Source: the human T2T-CHM13v2.0 reference genome, Homo sapiens
Assembly: GCF_009914755.1 (NCBI RefSeq)
Contig: NC_060947.1
Length of the DNA stretch: 64,000 nucleotides
Direction: 5' to 3' (one strand)
The translations under genes were made by a program, and so were the position numbers. The notes below the pieces were generated by a model that saw only the letters and a list, made by a program, of their open reading frames with translations, ran no database searches and was not told where the DNA came from. Positions 60,567 through 64,000 of the stretch are shown piece by piece; within the stretch, counting starts at the first letter, position 1; every line of letters begins with the position of its first letter.

Positions 60567-61704
60567 TCACGCGCGAGCTTATGTGTGGCTTTGAAATCAT
60601 CCAAAAAAGGTTTTTCATGGTTGAGGCTGACCTGGTGCAATGCAGAATATATTATTTCTTTCAGAGCGTGGATAGCAGATCTGCACGTGAAACACAGATC
60701 AAACACGGCCCACAGAAACAATGGTAGGAAGCATAACCAGAGTGAATCGATTCCTTGATCCTGCTCTGCCAAAAAATTAAAGAGGAGCACTCCTGGGGTT
60801 TTTAACCCAGATAAGACTTCAGCCACAGCCGTATTTCCCATGTTCCTGGATCTCTTGTTCTGGCTCTTATTCTGCGGATAAAATGTGGAATAGAGTAAGC
60901 AGTGTCGAGTTCTGCCGGTTCATCTGGCTTTTTAAAAAAAAATTAAATGGCTCTATCTCTTTGCCCTCAACACTTCTGCACACGCACATGTGCACGCACA
61001 CAGCCTTGTTTTACCTTTTCTCCAGAACTAAACTGGACAGACTTTGCCATTTCTTTCAACAGGACAAGGAGAAGGTAGAAAGGGCCCTCTCAGGCATCAG
61101 CCTCTTAAAAGGACAAATTTCTTGAAGCAAAGAAAGTTCTAGTCCCCAGTCTGAGACCCATTCTGTCTCTCCATCCCCAAGTGATGACACAACCCCTTCG
61201 TTCTCAAAGATCTGTTTAAATATGTAGGTGGTCTTGCTTGAGTCAACTGGTTTTTATGTCAGCATTGACCTCAGTCCTGAGATCCTAGATTGCCCAGCTG
61301 GCAGAGCACTGGAGGGTAGAGCTCGCTGCAAGTGAGGCCAGCCCACCCCCAGCCTTCTGATGGGCCACTGAGGCCACCCCGTTGGGCTGGTCATCTGCAG
61401 CCGGTGTCCTCTCCTGACCTCTGCTCTAATCTCAAGGGCACCCTTTATTTAGACACCACAGTCCAGCCTGAGCCTCAAGTCCTCGATTCATTGGCTGGAC
61501 ATGAGCCAGGGACAGCCACAGGCTGGCTCCAGAGGGCTCCCCAAAAGAGGCCACAGAGGCCCCAGGAGGCAGGCTCTGGCCGAGCTGGAACAGAGAACGG
61601 AGGTTTAAATTTCCGAGGCCTCAGTTCGAATTCCAGCTCTCTCACTGGCGATGACCTTGATCCGTGGGGTAACTTCCCTGAGCCTGGTGCCTGCATCAAT
61701 CAAA

Positions 61705-61992
61705 TGGAAGAGGAGAAGACCACGTGAACGTGGAGCAGAGTGAGATGCAAAGATGCTGGCCTTGACGTTTGTAGTGATTAGTGAGGCAGCCACAAGCCAA
61801 GGAAGGCCAGCAGCCACCAGAAGCCAGAAGAGGCAAGGAACAGATTTTTCACTGGATTCTCATGAGAAAGTATGGCCCAGTGAAACTGACTTCAGGCTTC
61901 TAGCTTCCAGAACCATAAGAGAATATATTCCTACTGTTTTAAGCCACCAAATTGTGGTCATTTGTTATAGGCAGCCATAGGAAGCTAAGACA
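61705..61992 (+). mobile_element. MLT1C/D-like LTR (3' part)
   Basis: GCCACAAGCCAAGGAA...AGAGGCAAGGAACAGATT...TTTTAAGCCACC...GCAGCCATAGGAAGCTAAGACA. Confidence 0.82.
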
Positions 61993-62039
61993 GAATTTAC
62001 AAAGGGCCTCCGGGAGACCTCTGTGAAATGGTACTAGAT

Positions 62040-62245
62040 ATTGACTTGTATTATCTTAATGGGCCCTGACAACGAGCTTTTAAGGTAGTGGGCAAGGCAA
62101 GCCTTGTCAGTGTTTTACTGATTAGGAAATGGAGGCTCTGAGAAATTAAGTGTCTTGTTCGAGGTCACATGTTGTTTGGTGGCAGAGCTGGGACTGGAAC
62201 AGAGGTGACCCAGAGCCTGGTGCTGGTCCCTTTCCACCACCCGCC
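62040..62245 (-). mobile_element. MIR
   Basis: TTTTACTGATTAGGAAATGGAGGCTCTGAGA...GAGGTCACA...GGCAGAGCTGGGA. Confidence 0.7.
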
Positions 62246-62869
62246 ATGCCCTGTGCCCACCCTCCCTCCTCTGACCAAGTCTAAGCAAGTGGAAAGGAGG
62301 GCTTGGCCTCCAGTGGGAGCTTAGCAAGGCCTCTCAAGGGCCTGGAAGACAAGGGGACCCTTCTCTAGCCCCCTGCCTGGCCCTGGGTGTTTGCATTTGG
62401 ACATGTGCTGTGGCAGAGGCATCACGGGGGCACTGGATGCTCCATCTGGAGTTACGTCTCTTCTCCTAGAGGAAAGGGAATCCAGGGACATGAATTCTCT
62501 CTCAGTGACTCACCTCTGAGCCCTGTCAGGTCTCCCCGGGCCTCAGATTCCTCTGTGGTGACATGGAAATAATAACAGGGCCGCCCCCTCCTTGAGGAGC
62601 TGTGGAATTAGAGAATGAGCCTGCACAGAAATGCCCACGGTGAGTCGATTACCCAGTTCCGCTCTCCTCTGGCCCAAGCGGTGGCCCCGAGAGTCCCCTG
62701 GAACAGGAGGGCCTCAGGGAAATTTGCCAGGGGCACCACACAGAGAGCACGCCAGGGAGGCGTTGCTCAATCTCTCACCCACGTGGGCCCCAGGGAAAGC
62801 CCGCAGCCCAGCCATGACTCCTGAACTGCCCTGAGAGCCTGGGACAGGCTCGCACTGCGCTCACTCATC

Positions 62870-63710
<841 letters not shown>

Positions 63711-64000
63711 TAAGATACCCTGGTAGGTTCTAGAGAAGGAAAATCAGGAAAGATGTGCCTGCCCTGCCTTCCAAGAGCTTCTGGCCTGGGAGGAGAAGCA
63801 TCCTGAAGGAGAATACAGGGCAATACCCCCTGTCCCAGGTGCTGCAATTGAGGTCTACTCAGCCCACCACAAAGCACCAGGGATTAGGTGATGTGTTGAG
63901 TGTGTGGAGGGATAATCGGGGAAGGCTGCATAGAGGAGGTGGCCCAGGTTAATAAGGAAATAGGGGAGGGAAGGGAGATGAAAGGGAAACAGGAAAGAAA

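Noticed and set aside
60860-60900. Possible pre-miRNA
   Set aside because: The stem is too short and I recognise no known miRNA; kept only as part of a regulatory candidate.

Overview
Primate (human-like) genomic DNA, rich in repeats: about 30 Alus plus MaLR/ERV LTRs, L1M/L2/MIR fragments, MER/Tigger DNA transposons and microsatellites. I found no intact protein-coding gene, RNA gene or CRISPR array, and nearly all ORFs in the supplied track derive from Alus, LTRs or low-complexity DNA. Two structures stand out. (1) A TSD-bounded RPS11 retrocopy (19089-20170) carries, ahead of the spliced exon 2-5 sequence, the end of exon 1 plus a 546-bp GT...AG segment, which suggests a partly spliced, intron-1-derived template. 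(2) A candidate decayed multi-exon gene lies on the minus strand (~21.8-32.4 kb): eight putative exons with GT/AG boundaries, mostly phase-compatible, a terminal stop followed by AATAAA, and by-eye BTB/BACK-like and MATH-like motifs, disrupted by stops and frameshifts. Also present: a four-layer nested transposon stack (MLT1 > L1M > MER51 > Alu) and several enhancer-like motif clusters. Repeat subfamilies and protein-family resemblances were recognised from memory of consensus sequences; no search was run. Boundaries are approximate unless a TSD is quoted.
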